DNA of 34,747 nt, from IMG/VR virus record IMGVR_UViG_3300032253_000251, positions 1 through 34,747 of that record. One strand, written 5' to 3'. This DNA is from a virus. Taxonomy: Duplodnaviria; Caudoviricetes. The notes beneath the pieces were generated by a model. It saw nothing but the letters and a program-made list of their open reading frames with translations, was not told the origin of the DNA and ran no database searches. Shown piece after piece: positions 1-7,951 of the stretch; the first letter of the stretch is position 1, and each line of letters begins with the position of its first letter. A program made the position numbers and the translations under genes.

Positions 1-780
1 TCATGCCGGAAAATCCGTCCAGCGCTTGCCGTCCAGTTTCGGCGTTTCGATCACGCCCTTGCGGGCATTGCCGGGCATTTGTTTGAGGAAAAAAGCTGTT
101 CCTGTTTCCTGACACTGGTCACGCAAATCCCGAGCCCAGTCCTCATTATAAGGCCGCGCACCGGGGCCGGATTCTGCGCCACAGATTACCCAGTCGAGGA
201 AATCTAAATACGTCACAGGATAAGAGCGGCCAGAATTAAAACTAATTGGTCCTATAAAACTAATTGGGCCTAATTGCGGCTCAACAGACAGTCCGCAAAC
301 AACGGCTGGCGTATCAAGTAGTTTAGGAATATCGCGGTCGGCTTCGGTCTGATTAACCACGGTGATCAGCAACCACACATTTGGATACCCATCGCCCCAG
401 TCGGGCGGTAACATTTTTTGAACATTGCCGATGCGTTTGGTGAGGATAATCCAATCCAGATGCGGCGTTGCTTTAATCAGATTGAACAGATCGGCGCGCC
501 ATTGTTCAGGCACCCGGTTGTCGAAAACGTCCCCCATCGATGCGCAAAAAACTTTGATGCGTTTTCCGGATTTTTCGGCTTTGCGGTTCCATGAAAGAGG
601 CTTTTTCCAGTTCGCTTCACTGGTCCGGCGTGGTAAGGTGTCGCCATCCCAGTGATTGCCACCAAACCGTTTATCTATCGCAGCTGCATAACAATTGTCG
701 CAACCGGGCGACATCCGAAGGCAACCTACCCACGGATTAAAAGTATTGTCCGTCCACGCTATTTTTGAGTTTTCAGTCAT
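1..780 (-). CDS. DUF5131 / phage Gp37Gp68 family protein (three-Cys, radical-SAM-like)
   Basis: IAWTDNTFNPWVGC..SPGCDNCYA, VFCASMGDVF, LTKR, SVEPQLGP, DWVICGAESG, FFLKQ motifs typical of the family. Confidence 0.9.
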   Translation of the reverse strand: MTENSKIAWTDNTFNPWVGCLRMSPGCDNCYAAAIDKRFGGNHWDGDTLPRRTSEANWKKPLSWNRKAEKSGKRIKVFCASMGDVFDNRVPEQWRADLFNLIKATPHLDWIILTKRIGNVQKMLPPDWGDGYPNVWLLITVVNQTEADRDIPKLLDTPAVVCGLSVEPQLGPISFIGPISFNSGRSYPVTYLDFLDWVICGAESGPGARPYNEDWARDLRDQCQETGTAFFLKQMPGNARKGVIETPKLDGKRWTDFPA

Positions 781-1622
781 TTGATTAACCCCCTTAATTT
801 TGCGGTTTGCTCAATGTGGTCAAGAATTACTATACTTTCCTTACCTAGCAATTTGCTATGGTATCCCTCATTTGACCAATGCAACCGCGCTTTTGTAATT
901 GTAAAATTACGACAACCCGCGCGAATCATTAACTCGCCATTTTTTACCCACCCAACAAACCGATAACCATCATTGCGACAACCGCCATCGATAAGATAGA
1001 CATTGCGTAAATCAGCACCACGTAAATTAGCATTGGTTAAATCAGCACCATGTAAATTAGTATCGCTTAAATTTATATCACGTAAATTAGCACTAATTAA
1101 ATCGGCATCGCTAAGATTAGCCCTACAAATAGTGGCCCCATGAAGATCGGCCCCATAAAGATTAGCCCTACGAAGATCGGCCCCGTAAAGATCGGCCCTA
1201 CGAAGATCGGCCCCGTAAAGATTAGTCTTACGAAGATCGGTCCCACAAAGATTGGCCTCGCTAAAATCGGCCCTACGAAGATTGGCCCCATAAAGATCGG
1301 CCCTACGAAGATCGGCCCCGTAAAGATTAGTCTTACGAAGATCGGTCCCACAAAGATTGGCCTCGCTAAAATCGGCCCTACGAAGATTGGCCCCATAAAG
1401 ATCAGCCCTACGAAGATCGGCCCCGTAAAGATTGGCCCCATGAAGATTAGCCTTACGAAGATTGGCCCCATAAAGATTAGCCTCGCTAAGATTGGCCTTA
1501 TTTTCAATAGCCCATTTAACAGCAAGTCCTAATTTTATGTGCGGCGAAGCGTCTTCGCTGCTATCAATTTCGGCCGTGAATTGAACTCTGCCGCTAAATT
1601 TGTTTTTGATTTCGTATTTCAT
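777..1622 (-). CDS. Pentapeptide-repeat protein (281 aa) with C-terminal globular domain
   Basis: Long run of A(D/N)Lxx repeats; start moved to ATG 1622 (AGGA SD); ATGA overlap with the downstream gene. Confidence 0.92.
   Translation of the reverse strand: MKYEIKNKFSGRVQFTAEIDSSEDASPHIKLGLAVKWAIENKANLSEANLYGANLRKANLHGANLYGADLRRADLYGANLRRADFSEANLCGTDLRKTNLYGADLRRADLYGANLRRADFSEANLCGTDLRKTNLYGADLRRADLYGADLRRANLYGADLHGATICRANLSDADLISANLRDINLSDTNLHGADLTNANLRGADLRNVYLIDGGCRNDGYRFVGWVKNGELMIRAGCRNFTITKARLHWSNEGYHSKLLGKESIVILDHIEQTAKLRGLIK
1186..1403. repeat. Exact 105-nt tandem duplication (7 pentapeptides) within a 15-nt-period repeat tract
   Basis: 1186-1298 is identical to 1291-1403. Confidence 0.9.
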
Positions 1623-1641
1623 TTGTCCTGTCTTCCTATTT

Positions 1642-1740
1642 TCATAAATATTCATCCACCCGGACATTGTTTTGGTTTCGCGCGGATTGTGCCTTGGACA
1701 GTATCCAGTCGAGGCTTTTGCGATCGTCGGCGCTTAACAT
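1642..1740 (-). CDS. Small hypothetical protein (32 aa, MLSADDRKSLDWILSK...)
   Basis: ATG directly follows the TAA of the upstream gene and fills the operon gap; below the ORF-track cutoff. Confidence 0.45.
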   Translation of the reverse strand: MLSADDRKSLDWILSKAQSARNQNNVRVDEYL

Positions 1741-2727
1741 TTACGCCGCGTCCGGAGGCGTCATTTGGTCCGTATCGGGGCCGGGCCAGCCGTCGTCCTG
1801 TTTTGTTGGTTCCGGGTCTGGCTCGGCTGCCGTCAGCGGTTCTGCGTCAGATGGTTCCGTGGCGTCCGTTGCTTGCGCCCCGGCCTGTGCATTGATGGCG
1901 GCGGCGGTGACATTGTTTGCGGGCGGGAATTCGTCGTCTTTGTTAATTTCACCATTTCGGATGGATTTAAAAATGACACCAAATTGTGCAACGTCATGGG
2001 CTGTCCAATTTTCGGATGCGCGTCCGATTTTCTTTTCAAGCTGTTTCTGAATGATGCCGAGTGTGTCAAAAGCCCCGATAGCGTCAGCGATGCGTTGCGG
2101 TAACGGTTTTCCTCCTCCATTTGCAATGGTGCTGTTGCAAATCTCTTTTGCTTCTTCGACAAACCATGGTGGCAAAACTGAAAAAATACATTCGCGTAAA
2201 CGTCGCGCACCTTGGTTGGCATTATTTTCGTAAACGTCGCGCATGTCGGTTAGGTTTTTTGGCCCGCCTTTTGTGTCGCGTTTATGTGGCACGATGAAGA
2301 CCAGTTCTGACCGGGCGTTGGTTTGCAAGTCCCATGCATAGGCTAACATTTCCGATTGTGAATATTGATCATCACGGCGCAGTTCTTTGACGCCATAGAC
2401 AACATTACCCCAAATTCGGGCTAATTCACGGGCCATGTGAACGGATGCGCCTGTGACCTGTTTTCCTGCTCGCGGGAACCTGAAAAATGCCCGCTCTGCT
2501 AATCTCTGCATAGAACACGTTTCGCGCATGGCGGCGATTGCTGTGGCGTCGTTGCGCGGGTATTGCCGGGCCAAGACGATGGCGCCTTGAACTTCGGCAA
2601 CAGCGCGTGATTGCTCAACGGCAGTCCCTTGGCCAACACGATCAGGTGCCGGGGCTGGCGGATGATGTGGTGCGCCGCCGTTGGTTGGGGGGCCTTCGTT
2701 ATGGTGCTGGGGAACATTGGTGTTCAT
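1741..2727 (-). CDS. Putative single-strand annealing (RecT/Rad52-like) recombinase
   Basis: AEVQGAIVLARQYPRN..FPRAG..VTGASVHMARELARIWGN signature of phage SSAP-type proteins; acidic tail; adjacent to exonuclease. Confidence 0.65.
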   Translation of the reverse strand: MNTNVPQHHNEGPPTNGGAPHHPPAPAPDRVGQGTAVEQSRAVAEVQGAIVLARQYPRNDATAIAAMRETCSMQRLAERAFFRFPRAGKQVTGASVHMARELARIWGNVVYGVKELRRDDQYSQSEMLAYAWDLQTNARSELVFIVPHKRDTKGGPKNLTDMRDVYENNANQGARRLRECIFSVLPPWFVEEAKEICNSTIANGGGKPLPQRIADAIGAFDTLGIIQKQLEKKIGRASENWTAHDVAQFGVIFKSIRNGEINKDDEFPPANNVTAAAINAQAGAQATDATEPSDAEPLTAAEPDPEPTKQDDGWPGPDTDQMTPPDAA

Positions 2728-2733
2728 AATAAT

Positions 2734-3672
2734 TTACTCCGCTGCTTGTTGTTGTGTGTCGTGTGGGCGCTGCAATGCGCCGGATAATGCGAACGCGCCA
2801 AATTCGTGGGCTTGTTCGAGGTTGTTTTCAAAGTATTTTGGTGGTCCGATCGTTACGACGTCGGGATTATAATCCGCCGACCAGTCGCCGGTTCGTTGAC
2901 ATTCGGCAAAAATTGACCGCGCTTTCAGTGCGGCCATACGCCCCCATTCCAGATAGTCGGGCGATAATTGCGCTACAGTGACGATGTGGGGCGGGGCGGT
3001 TTCCTGAAAAACAAACAGAAATTGCGGGTCGTCACAAAGCCCAAGAGTTCGGATGCCGTCAAGGTACCAAGCGGCTTGCAACCAATATCCGAGGTTAGCT
3101 GTTGTCCGGGTTAGGTCGTCTTCGGTGACAGTCTGGCGGCATGTTTTATAATCGGCGAACAGGTTGCCCGTGGGCATCCAGTCAAGGCGCGCCCGGCACA
3201 TGATCCCGGTATCTTTGCAGCGCCAGAATAAAGACTGTTCAGGTTTGCCGCTTTCAAACAGTTTGCCCGCAAAAGCGTGATCTTTAACGGCCCGTGCCAT
3301 GTCTTCGGCTTTGTTGAAATCTTTTTGCAAAATCGGAATGTGGCCAGCATCATAGGCGGCTTCTTTATGGGTGTTTGAATTTGTCCCGGCGTCCATTTTT
3401 CGGTTCCATGCCGGGGCGTTGACAACGTCGATTTCATCACCTTCGCCCAATACAAGTTTGTGCGCGACGTGGCCGAAGTCGTAATGGTTTTTATGTTCGG
3501 GCTCCGTGCGGCGGTCGTAATCAAACTTTTTCGGGCATCCTTTAAACGGAACCGGCATCAATAGTTTTGCGCCTGAATTCGATAGCGAACCTTCCGGGCA
3601 CGGATCGGCGTGATAAACATCGTTCGGGATATCGTAGACACCGGGCTCGGTGATTTTGATTTTTTTGGTCAT
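2734..3672 (-). CDS. RecE/exonuclease VIII-like PD-(D/E)XK nuclease (DUF3799-like)
   Basis: PGVYDIPNDVYHAD, FGHVAHKLVL, EQSLFW, CRARLDW, ADYKT, GYWLQAAWY; start 3672 in TAATG overlap. Confidence 0.85.
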   Translation of the reverse strand: MTKKIKITEPGVYDIPNDVYHADPCPEGSLSNSGAKLLMPVPFKGCPKKFDYDRRTEPEHKNHYDFGHVAHKLVLGEGDEIDVVNAPAWNRKMDAGTNSNTHKEAAYDAGHIPILQKDFNKAEDMARAVKDHAFAGKLFESGKPEQSLFWRCKDTGIMCRARLDWMPTGNLFADYKTCRQTVTEDDLTRTTANLGYWLQAAWYLDGIRTLGLCDDPQFLFVFQETAPPHIVTVAQLSPDYLEWGRMAALKARSIFAECQRTGDWSADYNPDVVTIGPPKYFENNLEQAHEFGAFALSGALQRPHDTQQQAAE

Positions 3673-4001
3673 TACTCTTTGCGCCCTGTTCCGTTGCAGT
3701 AGATACATTCCCCCATTATTTTGTAAGAATACCCTACCGATAGACGTTCGTTCCCACTGCCACCGCAATGACCGCAAGGCCGCTTGGCTAATTCACGATG
3801 AAGTTCGGCGCGCAAACGATCTACCTCTTTTTCTTCCCAGCCAACATTCTTCGTGCTCTCGACATAAAGGGTGTGTTGATCGCTTCCTGCGCTGAGTTCA
3901 CATATTTCTGCAACATCTTCGATTTGTTTCTCTGTCGCGGATATTCCCGCTTCACCAAAAGCTTCTTCTATGCAGATAATCCATAAGTTGTTTTCAGTCA
4001 T
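3672..4001 (-). CDS. Hypothetical protein with DnaJ-type Zn-finger repeats
   Basis: CGHCGGSG and CIYCNGTG (CxxCxGxG); GGAGG SD before ATG 4001. Confidence 0.7.
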   Translation of the reverse strand: MTENNLWIICIEEAFGEAGISATEKQIEDVAEICELSAGSDQHTLYVESTKNVGWEEKEVDRLRAELHRELAKRPCGHCGGSGNERLSVGYSYKIMGECIYCNGTGRKE

Positions 4002-4105
4002 TGGCTCATTGCCTCCAGTATTTGAATTTCTAAAACAAGTGCGACGGCGAACACGGCGGCGATGAATAACGCGATTTCCCAAATTTGTTTTGCTGTATTT
4101 TTCAT
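3998..4105 (-). CDS. Small single-TM peptide (35 aa)
   Basis: MKNTAKQIWEIALFIAAVFAVALVLEIQ...; ATGA overlap with the next gene. Confidence 0.55.
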   Translation of the reverse strand: MKNTAKQIWEIALFIAAVFAVALVLEIQILEAMSQ

Positions 4106-4110
4106 GGCAG

Positions 4111-4296
4111 TCACGCGGCGGTCGGTAGGTGAGGGGGTGGCGGTTGCGGTGCTGGGCTGTCGTCTTTTGCGCCCCACTGTTTCAGGAACCGCCACGCCTC
4201 ACGTCGCAAACTTTTGTTGCTGTATATGCGACAAGTAACAATATCAATCGCCTGTTCTCGTAACTTGCTAACCGTCGTGGCGTGGCGGGGGTTCAT
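4111..4296 (-). CDS. Hypothetical early protein (61 aa)
   Basis: ATGA-coupled to upstream ORF in the pL operon. Confidence 0.6.
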   Translation of the reverse strand: MNPRHATTVSKLREQAIDIVTCRIYSNKSLRREAWRFLKQWGAKDDSPAPQPPPPHLPTAA

Positions 4297-4523
4297 GCTG
4301 CTACCCTTTCTTCGAAGGCGTCAATTTCGTTGTTTAGATCATCTTCGACATCGGCGGCCATTTTGATTGCGGTTTCGATGGCATCAACGGCATAATCCGA
4401 CACCGTATAATTAATGCCGCGCATGATGCTTTCGGCCTGTTCAAGAAACGCCCGCGCTTTTGCGACCTCGGCAATTTCCTTGGTGGCTTCGATTTCGTCA
4501 AATGTGCATGTGATCGTCGTCAT
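4293..4523 (-). CDS. Hypothetical acidic protein, first gene of the pL operon
   Basis: GAAGGG SD; directly downstream of pL. Confidence 0.75.
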   Translation of the reverse strand: MTTITCTFDEIEATKEIAEVAKARAFLEQAESIMRGINYTVSDYAVDAIETAIKMAADVEDDLNNEIDAFEERVAA

Positions 4524-4554
4524 TTTGAAAACCCTTCATTTGTTTGATGAAGGC

Positions 4555-4582
4555 ATTGTACCAAATTGGAACATCTAGTCAA
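4555..4582 (-). promoter_or_regulatory. Leftward early promoter pL
   Basis: TTGACT-N16-TACAAT with extended -10 TGn; overlapped by operator 4557-4573. Confidence 0.7.
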
Positions 4583-4607
4583 CATAAAAATGAACCATAA
4601 TGGCACA
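4557..4607. promoter_or_regulatory. Two 17-bp repressor operators (OL1 4557-4573, OL2 4591-4607)
   Basis: TGTACCA-aat-TGGAACA and TGAACCA-taa-TGGCACA; same palindrome family as in the cI-cro gap. Confidence 0.75.
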
Positions 4608-4670
4608 ATAATTTTAACAAATGTGGAAAACCGCAGGGCTATCGCGGTTCAGGAGAACTATTCAGGCAAT

Positions 4671-4690
4671 AAAAAACCCGCCGAAGCGGG
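4671..4690 (-). terminator. Intrinsic terminator ending the cI/accessory transcript
   Basis: CCCGC-TTCG-GCGGG followed by TTTTTT on the minus strand. Confidence 0.85.
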
Positions 4691-4713
4691 GCTGGGTGGA
4701 GGCTATATTGATA

Positions 4714-5175
4714 TTATTTTCCGTTATTTCGACCTTGAATGAACTTGCCTACAATGCCAACCAATGGCGCGCCAGCCAATAATCCGGCTACAATCGGCTC
4801 CCCCAACACCACAAGGATAACTGACCCCGCGATACAAACTATACCCATTATAAGTCCGTAGTTTTGACCTTTGCTTTGGTCGTTGGCTTGTGTTTCAAGG
4901 GCGTCGCTTTCCCATTTTATTCGATGGTCCTGTTCTTTTTCCGCCATTGTTAAGATGCGTTCTGCGCTTCCTGGGAGAACTTCATTATATTCATTATACA
5001 TACTTGGGGGCGGTAACGGACCTGAGAATGCCGCAGCTTCAATAACAGATACGCGCACGCTTTCTGGCAGCTTATCAAGGATTTCTTGAGAAGGAATATC
5101 TAACGACTTCTGCGCTACGGCTTGTTGGGCTTGATTACTTTGCTTTTGTGGCTTTGAGTGTTTTGGTTTCTTCAT
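4714..5175 (-). CDS. DUF2335 family membrane protein
   Basis: FSGPLPPP..Y..VLPGSAERILTMAEKEQDHR motif plus two C-terminal TM helices; GGAAGG SD at ATG 5175. Confidence 0.85.
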   Translation of the reverse strand: MKKPKHSKPQKQSNQAQQAVAQKSLDIPSQEILDKLPESVRVSVIEAAAFSGPLPPPSMYNEYNEVLPGSAERILTMAEKEQDHRIKWESDALETQANDQSKGQNYGLIMGIVCIAGSVILVVLGEPIVAGLLAGAPLVGIVGKFIQGRNNGK

Positions 5176-5359
5176 GATACCTTCCAAACGCTCTATACAT
5201 ATCACCACCAATGCGTCTTTGGTCCTGATATTGCGCATTCCGCGGGTAAAGCGGAGGATTAAATACTGTCGCCCCGACAGCACTTAGCGCACCAAGGCCC
5301 ATAAAAAAACCACGGACAAAATTGCCGCGAATGGCTCTGTATTGTTGTTTGCGTGACAT
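5135..5359 (-). CDS. Small protein upstream of DUF2335 (74 aa)
   Basis: AGGAG SD; GFFMGLGAL...D..RIGGDMYRA resembles the small partner gene often found before DUF2335 genes. Confidence 0.65.
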   Translation of the reverse strand: MSRKQQYRAIRGNFVRGFFMGLGALSAVGATVFNPPLYPRNAQYQDQRRIGGDMYRAFGRYHEETKTLKATKAK

Positions 5360-5575
5360 TCTAATATCTCCTGTCTTGGGCTACCTATAATCACATATAG
5401 TCAATATGACAAGAATTGTTTAATTTGCCGCTGTTTATATTCTAGCACAAACCTTCCTGCTTTTCATCCTCTCAATTATCATCATAACACACTTATGTAC
5501 TTTTTCCGTAACGCGTTACTTTTTGTTTAATTCTTTTTATATTTCTTCAAATATTTTCTGGCTATTACAATTCGA

Positions 5576-5815
5576 TTAAATGCTCTCCAGATCGAACCAA
5601 AGCCGTTCACCGTTGACTGAATTCGAAGTACCATTTTCAATGCATTCCTCAAATTCTACCTTTTCTAACGGCATAAAATCACCATTTTCCCAAAATCTTG
5701 TTGACAGGATTTGAAGCTTTGCATCGGCAGTGATTTGCCACTCGGCCAAATTAGCGCCAGAAGCATTTGTAATGGTAAGCTGGATAGCCTGTTGCTTGTC
5801 GCCGCTAATTGCCAT
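5576..5815 (-). CDS. Hypothetical protein (79 aa)
   Basis: ATG 5815 overlaps the stop of the upstream membrane gene; no motif recognised. Confidence 0.35.
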   Translation of the reverse strand: MAISGDKQQAIQLTITNASGANLAEWQITADAKLQILSTRFWENGDFMPLEKVEFEECIENGTSNSVNGERLWFDLESI

Positions 5816-6293
5816 TATCTGCTGCCGTGTGAGACGTTGTCGCCATTGTCTTTTTATAATATCGGACGCTGCCCCATATGCAGACGGCAATTATAAACAA
5901 TTCCAGCACGTTCGATACGAAGGCCGGTGCCCTGTACAATTCTTTGGCAAAAAGTTTCCAAATCGTTGTCATAATTGCGGCATACCCAGCAAAACCCATA
6001 AAGGCTGCCAAAAGTTGAAAATTGCCTTCCTTGCTGACTTTGCCCGACCAGTGACCGGCATTGATTGCCATCCCGGCACGGGTTCCCATAGCAATGCTGA
6101 CAAAAATAATAAAATTCCCCAAAGCGGTAAACGTGCCATCGCTTTCCTGATCATAAAATTGGTATACGGTTGTTACCGAATACCCAAAATCTATCCAGGT
6201 TTTTAGGCCAAAGGTATAAGCGACGCCCTCAAGCGCAAACATCGCTATATAAACTGTTGCTAACCCTACAGCCCAAGCCAATGTAAGCCTCAT
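5805..6293 (-). CDS. Membrane protein with about 4 TM helices
   Basis: Four hydrophobic stretches; GGGGG SD; in the cI operon. Confidence 0.75.
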   Translation of the reverse strand: MRLTLAWAVGLATVYIAMFALEGVAYTFGLKTWIDFGYSVTTVYQFYDQESDGTFTALGNFIIFVSIAMGTRAGMAINAGHWSGKVSKEGNFQLLAAFMGFAGYAAIMTTIWKLFAKELYRAPAFVSNVLELFIIAVCIWGSVRYYKKTMATTSHTAADNGN

Positions 6294-6314
6294 TGTAGTT
6301 ACACCCCCAACAAC

Positions 6315-6551
6315 TCATTCATGATCAGCATCTGATGTACGGGCTTTTTCTTCCATTGAAATAACAATCATTACTAAAAGGAATAAAAAAAAGGCTAAAA
6401 TTCCCATTACAAAAATAGGTCCATCAGCGCGAGATATGCGGTCTGGCATTGCTAAAAGTATTCCAAATATCCAGAATGCCAGCGCGCCTATGCTGGCAAT
6501 AAGTAAATTGGCTAATTTTTGTCTCTTTTTATTTAAAAAATATTCTTTCAT
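6315..6551 (-). CDS. Small 2-TM membrane protein (alternative start 6563)
   Basis: Basic N-terminus then two hydrophobic helices; GGAG SD before ATG 6551; AT-rich. Confidence 0.7.
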   Translation of the reverse strand: MKEYFLNKKRQKLANLLIASIGALAFWIFGILLAMPDRISRADGPIFVMGILAFFLFLLVMIVISMEEKARTSDADHE

Positions 6552-6566
6552 TTTTCTCTCCATGTG

Positions 6567-7157
6567 TTACTTCGGCTTCACCCATGCCACCCGCGCGGCC
6601 CAGTCGAGGGCAATGTTTTCTTTTGGTGGGGCGTTGAATGAAATCAGGTTGAACATATTCGTTTCTGATCCGCGTTGCAGCGTTTTGACCAACATTGGCC
6701 CGTCTGTAATCTGAACGACACAGGCTTTGCCCCAACAGCTATCAAGTTCAGAAAAGCCGTCACGGGTGTAAAACAAAACGTCGCCTGACTGATAAAGCGG
6801 GTACATACTTTCACCTTCAACAATGACAGCAACAAATTTCCTATTGTCTCCCGGTGGCGATTCGACGGTATCAAAGCCGAAGCCTTTCGGGTGGTCGTCG
6901 ATGGGGTAGATTTCAGCCCCAGCGCCGACATAGCCGACTATCGGTGTTAGGCGCTCCTGCAAGTCTGTCGTTTTATAGAAAAGATCTGTTGGGTGGCAAT
7001 TAAGATAGGGAGCAAGGACTTTTGCCCATTTCATACTCAATTCTCTTTTGCCGCTTTCAAGACGCTGAATAGTCGAATGTGTCGTCCCTGCAAGGGCGGC
7101 CAATTCTTCTTGGGTATAGCCTGATGCCGTACGCAAATCGTGTAAATAATTTTCCAT
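6567..7157 (-). CDS. cI: CI-like repressor, XRE HTH plus S24 autopeptidase
   Basis: TQEELAALAGTTHSTIQRLESGKR HTH; VGAG cleavage site; GESM (Ser) and LVKTL (Lys) dyad; divergent from cro; start uncertain. Confidence 0.92.
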   Translation of the reverse strand: MENYLHDLRTASGYTQEELAALAGTTHSTIQRLESGKRELSMKWAKVLAPYLNCHPTDLFYKTTDLQERLTPIVGYVGAGAEIYPIDDHPKGFGFDTVESPPGDNRKFVAVIVEGESMYPLYQSGDVLFYTRDGFSELDSCWGKACVVQITDGPMLVKTLQRGSETNMFNLISFNAPPKENIALDWAARVAWVKPK

Positions 7158-7241
7158 GATGGAATTTGGCACATCTCTAAGAATAATTCTCCGGCCAATA
7201 TGGTACATTTTCTCTTGCCTAAAATGTTCCATACTGGTACA
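7157..7241. promoter_or_regulatory. Right operators OR1 7225-7241, OR2 7191-7207 and weak OR3 7157-7173
   Basis: TGTTCCA-tac-TGGTACA; CCGGCCA-ata-TGGTACA; TGATGGA-att-TGGCACA; 34-bp spacing. Confidence 0.7.
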
Positions 7242-7243
7242 TT
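7215..7243 (+). promoter_or_regulatory. Rightward early promoter pR
   Basis: TTGCCT-N17-TACATT with extended -10 TGn; OR1 sits in the spacer and -10. Confidence 0.75.
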
Positions 7244-7249
7244 CCTTTT

Positions 7250-7453
7250 ATGAAATTGAAAACATACATGCTTGAAAACTGCATTGGGCCGTCAAAACTG
7301 GCGCAAACCCTTGGTGTTAACCACGCTACGGTTATTCGTTATCGGGATGGTGCGCGGATTCCAAGCCCGGCAATTATGCTTAAAATTGTTCAAGCCACGG
7401 ACGGCGACGTTCAGCCGAATGATTTTTTCAACATCCCGGAGAAGGCGGCATGA
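7250..7453 (+). CDS. cro: Cro-like HTH regulator
   Basis: 67 aa, PSKLAQTLGVNHATVIRYRDGARIP..ATDGDVQPNDF; divergent from cI. Confidence 0.9.
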   Translation: MKLKTYMLENCIGPSKLAQTLGVNHATVIRYRDGARIPSPAIMLKIVQATDGDVQPNDFFNIPEKAA

Positions 7454-7464
7454 AAGGAATTACG

Positions 7465-7683
7465 ATGACTGATAAGAAACTCCCCCTTACCACAGAACAA
7501 ATCGCGCACTATCGGTCCGTTTGTTTGAAATTGTCCAACGATATTGCAGTTGGCGAGGAAGCGGTAAAGCGCGCAAAATTGTACGAAGAATTTATGTTTG
7601 CGGATTATCCGGAAATCGACACGCCCCTGAGACCGGCAAGCTGGACGGTTAACGAGGCCGCTGTTTCTGACCCTCAGCAATAA
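7465..7683 (+). CDS. Hypothetical protein (alternative start 7450)
   Basis: AAGGA SD before ATG 7465; follows cro. Confidence 0.6.
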   Translation: MTDKKLPLTTEQIAHYRSVCLKLSNDIAVGEEAVKRAKLYEEFMFADYPEIDTPLRPASWTVNEAAVSDPQQ

Positions 7684-7834
7684 CCCGCGCAAGGTAGTCC
7701 AAATTATGATCCATCCGAGATATAGCCGTCGCAATATATTCAAGAGAGTGTGCAATCCTTTTTGCAGAATCGTCTTCATTGACGTTCGGGTTGAACGGAA
7801 AAGTGACGTTTTGTCCGGAACTGTATTTAAACAT
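7649..7834 (-). CDS. Hypothetical protein (61 aa), antisense to the early-right operon
   Basis: Amphipathic-helix-like RIAHSLEYIATAISRMDHNLDYLARVI; candidate promoter GTGACT-17-TACTGT at 7904-7932. Confidence 0.55.
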   Translation of the reverse strand: MFKYSSGQNVTFPFNPNVNEDDSAKRIAHSLEYIATAISRMDHNLDYLARVIAEGQKQRPR

Positions 7835-7951
7835 AACAATTTCTTTTCTGTTGAGAAGGCTCAAACCTTGGCGGCCCCCTTTTTTATTGGGGGTCCGTTC
7901 TCAACAGTAGCGCGGGATCGTGACGGAGTCACTTGTGGGGGTGTTTCTGTG

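Noticed and set aside
238-267. 18-nt-period duplication (GPISFI/GPISFN) in DUF5131
   Set aside because: Small in-frame slippage in a variable loop; no sign of function.
1000-1500. Repeat tract as a CRISPR array
   Set aside because: Contiguous 15-nt coding repeats without unique spacers; no cas genes.
1097-1532. Repetitive ORFs in alternative frames (GPIFV..., KIGP...)
   Set aside because: Shadows of the 15-nt-period pentapeptide gene; no SD or independent signal.
4640-4670. Alphaproteobacterial LexA box (GTTC-N7-GTTC) upstream of pL
   Set aside because: Spacing and second half-site do not match.
5360-5575. Pseudogene continuation of the 79-aa ORF
   Set aside because: Several stops and no recognisable motif; better explained as AT-rich promoter DNA.
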